In this document: piece after piece, positions 56,157 to 64,000 of the stretch
Layout of the letters: every line of letters begins with the position of its first letter
Position numbering within the stretch: position 1 is the stretch's first letter
Assembly: GCA_963716205.1 (NCBI GenBank)
Contig: OY970290.1
Location: 452,911-516,910 of the forward strand
Direction: 5' to 3'
DNA length: 64,000 bases
Source: an uncultured bacterium
Lineage (GTDB): Bacteria > Patescibacteriota > Minisyncoccia > Phycocordibacterales > GWA1-40-21
Notes under the pieces: model-generated
The model's database searches: none
Seen by the model: only the letters and a program-made list of their open reading frames with translations
Told to the model about the DNA's origin: nothing
Made by a program: the position numbers and the translations under genes

Positions 56157-57086
56157 TTATTTTTTCTTCTCAATGAAATCTTTGAAGTCAGCGATATGCT
56201 TTCTGACATTTTCTATGACTTCAATTGAGCCCGGCATTTTTTTGAGTTTCTTGTCTTTTTCCAAGACATCGAGCTGCGCATTCACATAATCGTTGAAATA
56301 ATTGAATTTCGTATTCGCAACTCTGTTGATATGCAAAATCATCTGCGCCATTTCGTTTTTCGTCTTGTATCTTTTGACGGTCATTCTTCCGATAAAGAAA
56401 AACAATACGATTAAAAGAAGGCATACGATTGCAAAGACGAGAAAAATATTAAAATTGAATCCGCCAATCGTCATCAGAAATGGAGATGTTGTTGTCGCGC
56501 ACGCAGATGGTGAACTGCTCGCAATAGATTGAGCAACTGGCACTATTGCTGTCGTTGTCGCAGTCGTCGTTGCGGTCGTCTGTGCCACTGCTTTTGTAAT
56601 AATGAACTGTCCTTTTCCAAGCGAAAGCGGCAAGCTTGTTCCGGTGCCGTCGTTTGCAAGAACTGAACCTGAATCAAACGAGATATCCGCTTTTCCGGGA
56701 ACTTTCGGAATAAAAGTAATAGAAAGTATTTTTCCATTTGAACCCATAAAACCCGGATTGAGAACGATACCCTCAAAATTGACCGAGCCATCGCTATTGG
56801 AAAAAGTCGGATCAGCTGTCCAGAGCGATATGATGGATCCTACTTTGGAAATATACGAGACACTGAAATTTTTTGGAGAAAACGATACGGATCCTGACAC
56901 AGCATTCATTGATTCATCAGTGCTTGAAACATATACATCAACTGTGATCGGCGATCCCGCACTATAGGTGCCGGATGATGGAGAAAATGTAAGCGATGCG
57001 GCGAAAGCAAAAAACGGAAAAAGACCGATAATCAATCCTGCAAGAAATATTTTTCGGTATGACAATTTTATTTGTGTTTTTTCCAT
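56157..57086 (-). CDS. membrane-anchored cohesin-like domain protein
   Basis: Signal peptide, cohesin-like module (ASLTFSPSSGTYSAGSPITVDVYVSST...SLWTADPTFSNSDGSVNFEGIVLNPGFMGSNGKI...), a Thr/Ala linker, a TM and a cytoplasmic tail. Confidence 0.55.
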   Translation of the reverse strand: MEKTQIKLSYRKIFLAGLIIGLFPFFAFAASLTFSPSSGTYSAGSPITVDVYVSSTDESMNAVSGSVSFSPKNFSVSYISKVGSIISLWTADPTFSNSDGSVNFEGIVLNPGFMGSNGKILSITFIPKVPGKADISFDSGSVLANDGTGTSLPLSLGKGQFIITKAVAQTTATTTATTTAIVPVAQSIASSSPSACATTTSPFLMTIGGFNFNIFLVFAIVCLLLIVLFFFIGRMTVKRYKTKNEMAQMILHINRVANTKFNYFNDYVNAQLDVLEKDKKLKKMPGSIEVIENVRKHIADFKDFIEKKK

Positions 57087-57961
57087 ATGAATTTTCTATA
57101 CAGCAACAGAAAAATAATGACTAGGATAAGTATAAACCAAATATCCGGATTTTCATAGACTGGCAATGAATGCACCGGGCTAATTTCCTCGATTCTTTCA
57201 GTGCCGGTTTTACTGACTGCTTTGACATAAATATAGCTTTGCAAATTTTGGTCTGTCAGCACATACGGGCTTGTCACAACAATCCATTTTGAAAAATCAA
57301 ATATGCGGTATTTCGTTTCCTTCACTTCATAATGATCGATACCGCTTCCTTTATCGCTCGCTGCAAAAGCGACGAAAAATTTCCCGTCAAATACGTTTGG
57401 ATCGCTGCCGACCTCCGGTACGAATGATTCCGGCGGTTGGTTATCTTTGACCAACGGCACTTTGACTCCATTGGTATTTCCGCTTTCGGAAACAGAAAAT
57501 GAAAAATCGGAAACCGTGAGCGAAATTTCGCTGCCGGAGCCGTCATTTCTCAAAAGCTGTCCGTTTGTTACGGAAATATTTCCGGCACCCGCTGCTTGCG
57601 CGGTAAAGACGAGCGAAAGTATTTTTCCCGTCGATCCCTCGTAGCCACCAGGCGTGATTCCCGAAAAAATAACGCCGTTTGCCGTGCTTGTCGGCGCATC
57701 AATCCAAAAATTGACGAGTGAATTTCCGTCTCGAATCTCATTCAATTGTAAAAGATTGGAAGGATAAACGACTGTTCCGCCAACTGCATTGGCATTTTCT
57801 CCTTGCGTGTTCAAAAGAATATCGACTTCGAATTGATCGCCTGCATGGATATTCTCTGCCGACGAACTCGCGATAAATTCGGCACCGAATGAAAACTTCG
57901 GAACAAAAATGAAAAGGGAAATAAGAAATGGAAATAGAATTTTGTAATTATGGCATTTCAT
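57068..57961 (-). CDS. membrane-anchored cohesin-like domain protein
   Basis: Signal peptide, cohesin-like module (AEFIASSSAENIHAGDQFEVDILLNT...VNFWIDAPTSTANGVIFSGITPGGYEGSTGKI...), an Ig-like region and a C-terminal TM. Confidence 0.55.
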   Translation of the reverse strand: MKCHNYKILFPFLISLFIFVPKFSFGAEFIASSSAENIHAGDQFEVDILLNTQGENANAVGGTVVYPSNLLQLNEIRDGNSLVNFWIDAPTSTANGVIFSGITPGGYEGSTGKILSLVFTAQAAGAGNISVTNGQLLRNDGSGSEISLTVSDFSFSVSESGNTNGVKVPLVKDNQPPESFVPEVGSDPNVFDGKFFVAFAASDKGSGIDHYEVKETKYRIFDFSKWIVVTSPYVLTDQNLQSYIYVKAVSKTGTERIEEISPVHSLPVYENPDIWFILILVIIFLLLYRKFIWKKHK

Positions 57962-57962
57962 A

Positions 57963-59420
57963 TCATTGATTGTCTATTTTTATAATCGGCAAAAGTTTGT
58001 CTTCTTCGATTTTGGCTGCTGTATTTTCATGTATTTCTTCTTTAACAGGAATTTCTGTCTGACTCATGTTTATTGCTTCAAGATTTTTCAGATACTGATC
58101 CTTAATTTCTTTTTGCTTTGCTTGTAAGCTTTCTTCGCTTGCCAGTTCCTCCAGAGCCTCGATTTTTTCCACTTCCTGCTCCTCCGTTTTTTTGCGCATT
58201 TCCTCATTTTTTGCATCTTTGAAAATTCTTTTTAGGCGTGCAATGATTTTGTGCCCGAAAAGATAGTGTCCGATTAAAAGGAGGAGGAGGAGAATGATAA
58301 TCCAATTTTGTTTGAGAAAATTAATCCATGTTACCGGCGGGGCGACGGTGATCGTTTCATCTCTGACATTTCCCGCACGATCAAAAGCACGCACGGTCAC
58401 CCGCAGAGTATCAAGCGGTTTGAGAGCAAGTGCATACGGACTGTCTGATTGGACAAAAACCGGAGAACTGTTGGGAGATTTGCTGATATCGACAACGCCA
58501 ACTTCATAATGATCGATTCCGGAAAGATCATCTGTGGTAAAAAAAGAAACGAGTGCCTGCGTATTGTTTGATGCCGTCACTATTGCGACCTGTGGAGTGA
58601 ACGCTGCCGGAGGTGCAGTATCGATGCGTATGACAAAATTCGTTGTCCCTCCCCAGATGCCGTCTTTTTGTGCCTTGATATGAAAATACCAAATTCCGTC
58701 GGTCAGGTTTGGATATGAAATGACCGTATCTGTCGCATCAATGACATTATCCGGAACGGTGAACGGCTTGTCATCGAGCGTAAAACTAAAACCGCTCACC
58801 CCATCGTCTCTGTTCCATGCCAGAACAGGAGAATTATTGTTATACCAGGTATCTTGAAACGGATGGGTTTCGGAAAAAACCTGCGGACCTTCCGGCGCTT
58901 GCGGCAAAATTGTATAGGTTCCGCGCCCGACTTCAAGCTCCACTGCTGTTCCCTGCCCGTCGTTCGCCAAAATACGCGATGCATCTGAAATGGTAACATT
59001 CGCTTGTCCGGTTGTGAGCGCGCGGAATGTCATCGTCGTAATCAAACCGCTTTCGGTCGTGATGCCGTTTGGAATAACACCGGAAAGTTCCAGGGTTCCA
59101 TTGGTATTTGAATACGTCGGCGGATCAACCCAGATGCCGATAATGGAATTGCTGTCTGACGGATTGACGAGAGCAAGCTTTGTCGGATCAAAATTCACTG
59201 AAAGAGAAACTGTATTGATGCTTTGTCCTTCAGTATTTACAAAAACGGGTATTTCAATTGTTGAGCCACTGATAATCGTGGCGGTTGCAGGCGAAAGAAA
59301 AAGATCCGCTTTTTGAAGCAGTTCGCCCGCATTCACATTTACATAGGATGACTGCTGGGCAAAAGCAAAACACGGGATGAGAAATAAAAGAAAAAATATT
59401 TTTTTATATAATTTAAGCAT
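57963..59420 (-). CDS. membrane-anchored cohesin-like domain protein with Ig-like domains and cytoplasmic coiled-coil tail
   Basis: Signal peptide, cohesin-like module (...VSLSVNFDPTKLALVNPSDSNSIIGIWVDPPTYSNTNGTLELSGVIPNGITTESG...), two beta-rich domains, a TM and a Glu/Lys-rich tail. Confidence 0.55.
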   Translation of the reverse strand: MLKLYKKIFFLLFLIPCFAFAQQSSYVNVNAGELLQKADLFLSPATATIISGSTIEIPVFVNTEGQSINTVSLSVNFDPTKLALVNPSDSNSIIGIWVDPPTYSNTNGTLELSGVIPNGITTESGLITTMTFRALTTGQANVTISDASRILANDGQGTAVELEVGRGTYTILPQAPEGPQVFSETHPFQDTWYNNNSPVLAWNRDDGVSGFSFTLDDKPFTVPDNVIDATDTVISYPNLTDGIWYFHIKAQKDGIWGGTTNFVIRIDTAPPAAFTPQVAIVTASNNTQALVSFFTTDDLSGIDHYEVGVVDISKSPNSSPVFVQSDSPYALALKPLDTLRVTVRAFDRAGNVRDETITVAPPVTWINFLKQNWIIILLLLLLIGHYLFGHKIIARLKRIFKDAKNEEMRKKTEEQEVEKIEALEELASEESLQAKQKEIKDQYLKNLEAINMSQTEIPVKEEIHENTAAKIEEDKLLPIIKIDNQ

Positions 59421-59435
59421 TGGGTTTATTTTATT

Positions 59436-60902
59436 TTATCCCGTCCAATAATACGCCATGATGGAAAAATCCGTCAGGGTAATCTGTCCCGTACCGGCAA
59501 GTTCCGCTTTATCTATCGCCAAAAATGCAGCACTCAAAGGTCTATGATACCAGTATGCGGCAATGGAAAAGTCGACCAGATTCACTTTGCAGTCTCCGTT
59601 CAAATCTCCTTTGGGAGGGCATGCGCTTTGCGAAGCGAGAACCGTCTTGTCGCCGACAAGAAAACTGACAACGCTCGAAAATGGGCTGATAAGGCTCGAT
59701 GTCGCCGCTTTGGATTTTGTCGTATGCTCGGCAAGAGCAAGCGGGCTGGTATCGAAATCATACAGATAAATTCCATTTTTGTCGGATGGCGTCTGTTCAA
59801 AAAATTCCTGCGCCGAGTTCACGGAAATTGTTATATTCGCATCAGGAATACTCTGTCCAAAAATCGAAATATTGTCCCCTTGTTTCACTTCGCTTTTATC
59901 AACGGCGATCGTCGGCGCGAGAAAAATACTTCCGATATTTGTCGTGACACCGGAAGTTATAAAAATGGGAAAAGTGAACGCACTTGAATGCCTGCCGGAG
60001 CTATCCTCTCCAAAAACAGAAAAAGTATAATTTCCGGAAGCAAGATTACTAATCGAAACGCTGAAATTCGCATCGGGGTCGGCAATCGTGGTCACCGCAA
60101 GCTGACCGTCTTCAAGTATTCCGACTGTCGAAAGCGGATATGCTCTGCCGGAAAAATTCACACCGGTCGAAGAAACTGCTGGTGCCGGACTGCTTCCGCC
60201 GCCACCGCCGCCACCCCCTCCACCACCGCTTTGCGAATAAATACATGGAAGCGGTCTGTTGAAATTAATAGCATTGTGATCGGTACAAATAAGCGGAGCC
60301 GGATATGTACACGGAAGTGGTCCGCCATAGTTTGTGGCGGATGGATCCGTACATGTTGTCGGAGCCGAGCTGACAGGTGTCGCGGAAACTTCACCACTCG
60401 TGACAATGACATTGCCAAGCGCATCAAGTGCCTGCACGACAAAGTAATACGTCGTGCCGTTTGCGAGCGAGGTCACGGTTTTTGTTGTTACATTTCCAAC
60501 TGATGTAAATGTGTAGGGACCGCCCGAAACCGTTGAAACGCCGATATTGTATCCGCCGACCGTCCAGCCGAGTGAACTGTTTGCATTTGTCCATGAAACG
60601 ACGACCTGACTGTCGCCGGGAATCGTGGAAATAATCGGCGAAGAAACAATTGAATAATATTGAAAGCCGAGACTAGCTTCAAAGTTTGCCGCAGTCGAAG
60701 GACCGGTTGCTATTTGTCCGAGCGAACCCTGCAATTCATAATTTGCCGACTGCGAATATCCCCCGCCGAGATCCATAACCGGATTGAGGATCGTATAATT
60801 TCCAGAACTGAATTCTTGCGCGTGAATCATGCTGAAAAAATATAAAAAAAATGCGAAACCGAAAAAATATGCTATGTATTTTTGTATAGTTCGCATATTC
60901 AT
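59436..60902 (-). CDS. secreted FN3/Ig-like protein with C-terminal dockerin domain
   Basis: The likely start is MNMRT... at 60902, one nt after the upstream giant gene's stop. Signal peptide. FN3-like domain (VVSWTNANSS...TYYFVVQALD). Poly-Gly linker. Dockerin segments KGDLNGDCKVNLVDFSIAAYWY and GQITLTDFSIMAYYW. Confidence 0.65.
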   Translation of the reverse strand: MNMRTIQKYIAYFFGFAFFLYFFSMIHAQEFSSGNYTILNPVMDLGGGYSQSANYELQGSLGQIATGPSTAANFEASLGFQYYSIVSSPIISTIPGDSQVVVSWTNANSSLGWTVGGYNIGVSTVSGGPYTFTSVGNVTTKTVTSLANGTTYYFVVQALDALGNVIVTSGEVSATPVSSAPTTCTDPSATNYGGPLPCTYPAPLICTDHNAINFNRPLPCIYSQSGGGGGGGGGGGSSPAPAVSSTGVNFSGRAYPLSTVGILEDGQLAVTTIADPDANFSVSISNLASGNYTFSVFGEDSSGRHSSAFTFPIFITSGVTTNIGSIFLAPTIAVDKSEVKQGDNISIFGQSIPDANITISVNSAQEFFEQTPSDKNGIYLYDFDTSPLALAEHTTKSKAATSSLISPFSSVVSFLVGDKTVLASQSACPPKGDLNGDCKVNLVDFSIAAYWYHRPLSAAFLAIDKAELAGTGQITLTDFSIMAYYWTG

Positions 60903-60903
60903 T

Positions 60904-63900
60904 TTATTGACCTGTTGAACTTGCATCTGTCGATGTCGAAAGATCGCCCGAAGTATCCGTAGTATCGGTGCTTGAAGCCGAATCATCGGGAATTATCTCG
61001 GGTGTCGAGGTTGCTATGATATCCGGAGTTGAAGTTGCTGTCGATGTTGCAACTGTTTCGTCTGTTGTCGAAGCTGTGGATGTCGCAAAAGTATCGTCAG
61101 TCATTGTTGCGTCTGATGAACTTGCCGAACTTTCCGATGAGGAATCTCCGCCGGCACTTCCGACAGAAGCTGTATCTGTGATGTCACTCGTTGACGTTGC
61201 GGTTCCGCAGGCCCCTGCAGAATTTGTCCATACGCCATTGTTTATAAATACGCAATACGGCTGCCCTGTCGCATGATCATACATCGTAATACCAGAGCTT
61301 GATGGTGCAGCCTGTGTTCCAACCGTCAGCTGCTCTACAAAAATATCTGCAAGATGCGCTATACCATTCGCCAGATTGTTGATGAATGTTTCAATCGTAC
61401 CAATAAATCCCTGCTGCACCTGAATAGCTTTGACGAGGTATGGAGCGAAACGATCATAGTCGAGACCATAGCAGTCGCTTTGATTTACATCGCCGGGAAC
61501 GCAGTCATTTGGATTGGAAGGCATGACAACGACATCGGTAAGTCCTGCTGCCGCCACTTGCTGGGCAATGAAACCGACTTGTTCTGCCTGGGAAGAACTG
61601 GTGGCGATCCAATTGTAGGTCACGGGATTAAGAGCTAATACTTCATCGAGTGTTGAAGTGCCGAGGGTAGTGATATTTGTTTTCAGGCGCTCGTCGGATG
61701 CCGATGTCCATGAGGTGCCGCCGTTTGTCATATAAACACCGGCATTGCCTTGATCAAAGACATCAAACGTATTGCTCGCGGCATCACCGATATACCAATA
61801 GTCTCCGGCTGCACCGGCGGTATCGATCATTTGAATTTGTCCCGTTGAAGATGCGGCGACCGTGAGCGCATATGCCGGACTCGTCGTTCCGATTCCAGTA
61901 TTTCCGCTTGCCAATACAGTAAAAACTGCGCTTGATGATGAAGCAACTGTAAATAATGGACTTGTATTTGTGGTCGAGCTTGCTTGAACATAAAGAATTG
62001 ATGTTGGTGTAGAAGTATTCAGTCCCATCAAACCAGTCGGTGTATCTAAAAACTGATACACGCTTGTTTGAGTATTATACATTGCAAAATTTGAATTATA
62101 CATTTCAAAAGTAGCGTATCTTTGCCAGTTGGAAGAATTTCCAAAATAAATAGTTGGATTCACTCCGGTTGGTCCACCACCTATGGTAAGTCCAAACCCT
62201 GCTGGAATATTAGTTGGGTTTTCATTAATAGCGACGGCACCGCCATCAAGCCATGAAGTTCCTGAAGCAGAAATTTTATTAATATAGGCATTCGTAACTG
62301 TCGGCACCGTTCCATTCGTAGCTCCCGATGTTGTGGCAAAAACAAATGTCGTGGTTGTAGTGGAAAAATATGCCAATTCATTTCCTGCAGTCGTGGTGGA
62401 GAAATAAATATTGTAGGAAGCTGCTCCGGTAACTGCTGCTATCGTCAGAGTAATCGAGCCAGTTGTGCCCGTTGTTGTGGTAGTGACTTCAGCAGAGGGA
62501 GTCGTCGTTCCTATTCCGTCTGACGCGGAAACTTTGAACCAATATGTACCTGACGTCAAATTTCCACCCGTAGTTGATGAAGCTATCGCCGGTGTTGCGG
62601 GAGTTGCCATGCTGGTGACAAAGGTATCACCTGAAGTGAGAGTGAGAGCATTTTGTGGATTACTCGTCCCAATCCCAACATTTCCATTTGCTAACACAGT
62701 CAAATATGTCGCGCCTGTGGAAGTCGCCACGGTCAATAACGGCGCGGTATTTGAGCTTGAAGTCGCTTGAATATACACAAAACCTAATGCGGATTGTGCC
62801 GTTGTTGAACCGACAGTCAGAGTTCCTGTCGGAATAAGAACATTTCCGGTATCGGCGGCAACGACAAATCTCTGTGCGCCTCCTTTTGAATCATAGAGTT
62901 GCCATGTGTTTCCTGCATTGCCGTAATAATACCAGAGGCCATTCCCAATTCTCAAATAATTTGAAGAATTCATGCTTATTGTCGGGTTTGTTCCCGATAG
63001 CGTGATACCGTTGTTATTCGTTCCGGCAATGTTTAATATGTCTATTGGATTTGATGTCCCTATTCCCACATCTCCCCCATCAAACCAAGAATTGCTCGAT
63101 GATGCTATTTTGTCCGCATACGCATTCGTAACGGTTGGTACGCCTGAAGGTAAATTCGTAGCTCCTGATGTTGTGGCAAAAACAAATGTCGTGGTTGTAG
63201 TGGAAAAATATGCCAATTCATTTCCTGCAGTCGTGGTGGAGAAATAAATATTGTAGGAAGCTGCTCCGGTAACTGCTGCTATCGTCAGAGTAATCGAGCC
63301 AGTTGTGCCCGTTGTTGTGGCAGTGACTTCAGCAGAGGGAGTCGTAGAACCAATTCCGTCTGACGCGGAAACTTTGAACCAATATGTACCTGCAGAAAGC
63401 GTTCCGCCGATTGTTGATGAGGCGATGGTGGGAATAGCTGGAGTTGAGATTGGAACATCAAGATTTCCAGCTATAAGCGTTGAAAAATTGTTAAGTGCAT
63501 TTCCAGTAACCTGTAAAACCCCGGCCGTGTATCGTGCAAGTCCGACATCGGCATTTCCAAAGTTGGCACTAGCACCCCACCCGATACTTTGCGAAGCTCC
63601 AAAAGAAAGAGAACCTAGAACGCTTCCTGTTGTGGCACTAAGACTTACTCTTGCCGAACCATTTGTTTCAAGAGTAAGACCTTCCGAGCCGAGAGGGCTG
63701 TTGATGGTTAATATGCCAGTTGCAGAATTTACGAGAAGTAATGGTGATGTTGAAGTTCCAACGGAAAGGTTGCCCCAGACAGTGAGGAGTGAAGTTGGAG
63801 TTGAAGTTCCTATTCCAACATATCCAATATTTCCGCTTCCCAGAATTGTCATGGCATCTGTGCCACCATCTGGAAAAGTTCCAGAAGTTCCACCGACAAG

Positions 63901-64000
63901 AAATTCAATTCCTTTTGCATTACCGCCCTCTATTGAAACGGCATTGTCTGTTCCATTGTAACCGAACAATGCTCTGCCACCGCCCATTTCAAGACCCGCT
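60904..64000 (-). CDS. giant surface protein, C-terminal part (N-terminus beyond window): FN3-like repeats, Peptidase_S74 intramolecular chaperone domain, acidic Ser/Thr-rich tail
   Basis: Duplicated FN3-like modules (GTYWFKVSASDGIG.TTPSAEVT). NGNVGIGTSNP-type motifs. IMC/S74 signature SDERLKTNI...LDEVLALNPVTYNW...VGFIAQQV. C-terminal ...VATSTATSTPDII...STGQ tail shared with the 3445-aa protein. Confidence 0.7.
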   Translation of the reverse strand, partial: AGLEMGGGRALFGYNGTDNAVSIEGGNAKGIEFLVGGTSGTFPDGGTDAMTILGSGNIGYVGIGTSTPTSLLTVWGNLSVGTSTSPLLLVNSATGILTINSPLGSEGLTLETNGSARVSLSATTGSVLGSLSFGASQSIGWGASANFGNADVGLARYTAGVLQVTGNALNNFSTLIAGNLDVPISTPAIPTIASSTIGGTLSAGTYWFKVSASDGIGSTTPSAEVTATTTGTTGSITLTIAAVTGAASYNIYFSTTTAGNELAYFSTTTTTFVFATTSGATNLPSGVPTVTNAYADKIASSSNSWFDGGDVGIGTSNPIDILNIAGTNNNGITLSGTNPTISMNSSNYLRIGNGLWYYYGNAGNTWQLYDSKGGAQRFVVAADTGNVLIPTGTLTVGSTTAQSALGFVYIQATSSSNTAPLLTVATSTGATYLTVLANGNVGIGTSNPQNALTLTSGDTFVTSMATPATPAIASSTTGGNLTSGTYWFKVSASDGIGTTTPSAEVTTTTTGTTGSITLTIAAVTGAASYNIYFSTTTAGNELAYFSTTTTTFVFATTSGATNGTVPTVTNAYINKISASGTSWLDGGAVAINENPTNIPAGFGLTIGGGPTGVNPTIYFGNSSNWQRYATFEMYNSNFAMYNTQTSVYQFLDTPTGLMGLNTSTPTSILYVQASSTTNTSPLFTVASSSSAVFTVLASGNTGIGTTSPAYALTVAASSTGQIQMIDTAGAAGDYWYIGDAASNTFDVFDQGNAGVYMTNGGTSWTSASDERLKTNITTLGTSTLDEVLALNPVTYNWIATSSSQAEQVGFIAQQVAAAGLTDVVVMPSNPNDCVPGDVNQSDCYGLDYDRFAPYLVKAIQVQQGFIGTIETFINNLANGIAHLADIFVEQLTVGTQAAPSSSGITMYDHATGQPYCVFINNGVWTNSAGACGTATSTSDITDTASVGSAGGDSSSESSASSSDATMTDDTFATSTASTTDETVATSTATSTPDIIATSTPEIIPDDSASSTDTTDTSGDLSTSTDASSTGQ
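62311..62560 (-). repeat. intragenic near-identical duplication (copy 1, about 250 bp, FN3-like module)
   Basis: Near-identical to 63151..63400 (for example GTGGCAAAAACAAATGTCGTGGTTGTAGTGGAAAAATATGCCAATTCATTTCCTGCAG...), with a few mismatches. Confidence 0.75.
63151..63400 (-). repeat. intragenic near-identical duplication (copy 2)
   Basis: See copy 1. Confidence 0.75.

Overview
This 64-kb window looks like a small-genome bacterium, possibly from the CPR/Patescibacteria; that assignment is inference from gene content and architecture only. The first 26 kb is mostly housekeeping, all read from motifs in the ORF track: ParB, MiaA, ribosomal protein L33 (missed by the track because it is under 60 aa), MurJ, SBP, methyltransferase, GyrA, S1, Pth, LepB, HisRS-like, S21, YbeY, FtsA, FtsZ, TrxB, a NUDIX hydrolase, a histidine kinase with a receiver-domain response regulator, and an ABC-2 exporter. 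A bacterial RNase P RNA gene (rnpB, minus strand, about 4.71-5.06 kb) and ten tRNA genes (Leu, Trp, Val, Ser, Glu, Phe, Arg, Gly, plus fragments) were located by eye.

Three accessory regions stand out. (1) 5.1-7.3 kb holds five tandem paralogs of small secreted two-transmembrane proteins that resemble VirB2/TrbC conjugative pilins. (2) 26.7-31.7 kb is a more AT-rich island beside tRNA-Ser and tRNA-Glu. It encodes an SMC/OLD-type ABC ATPase whose C-terminus carries an HEPN-like R-x4-H motif, giving a PrrC/RloC-like architecture. It also encodes a convergent multi-transmembrane protein with a canonical C-terminal HEPN motif, an XRE repressor with a divergent small gene, and an inverted tRNA-Glu-like 3' fragment. 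This is a candidate defense or abortive-infection module. (3) 40.1-64 kb is a co-directional surface-protein locus on the minus strand. It has two giant secreted proteins. The first is 3445 aa and contains about 16 nucleotide-identical 240-bp tandem repeats, a GH43-like beta-propeller and a 345-bp internal near-perfect duplication. The second has FN3 repeats and a Peptidase_S74 intramolecular-chaperone domain. Between and around them are five membrane-anchored cohesin-like proteins and two dockerin-bearing secreted proteins, interrupted by tRNA-Gly, ftsB-like and lepA. This is a cohesin-dockerin cell-surface assembly system and a likely host-attachment apparatus.

There is also a structured leader with an intrinsic terminator upstream of valS, and a structured leader upstream of rpsA.
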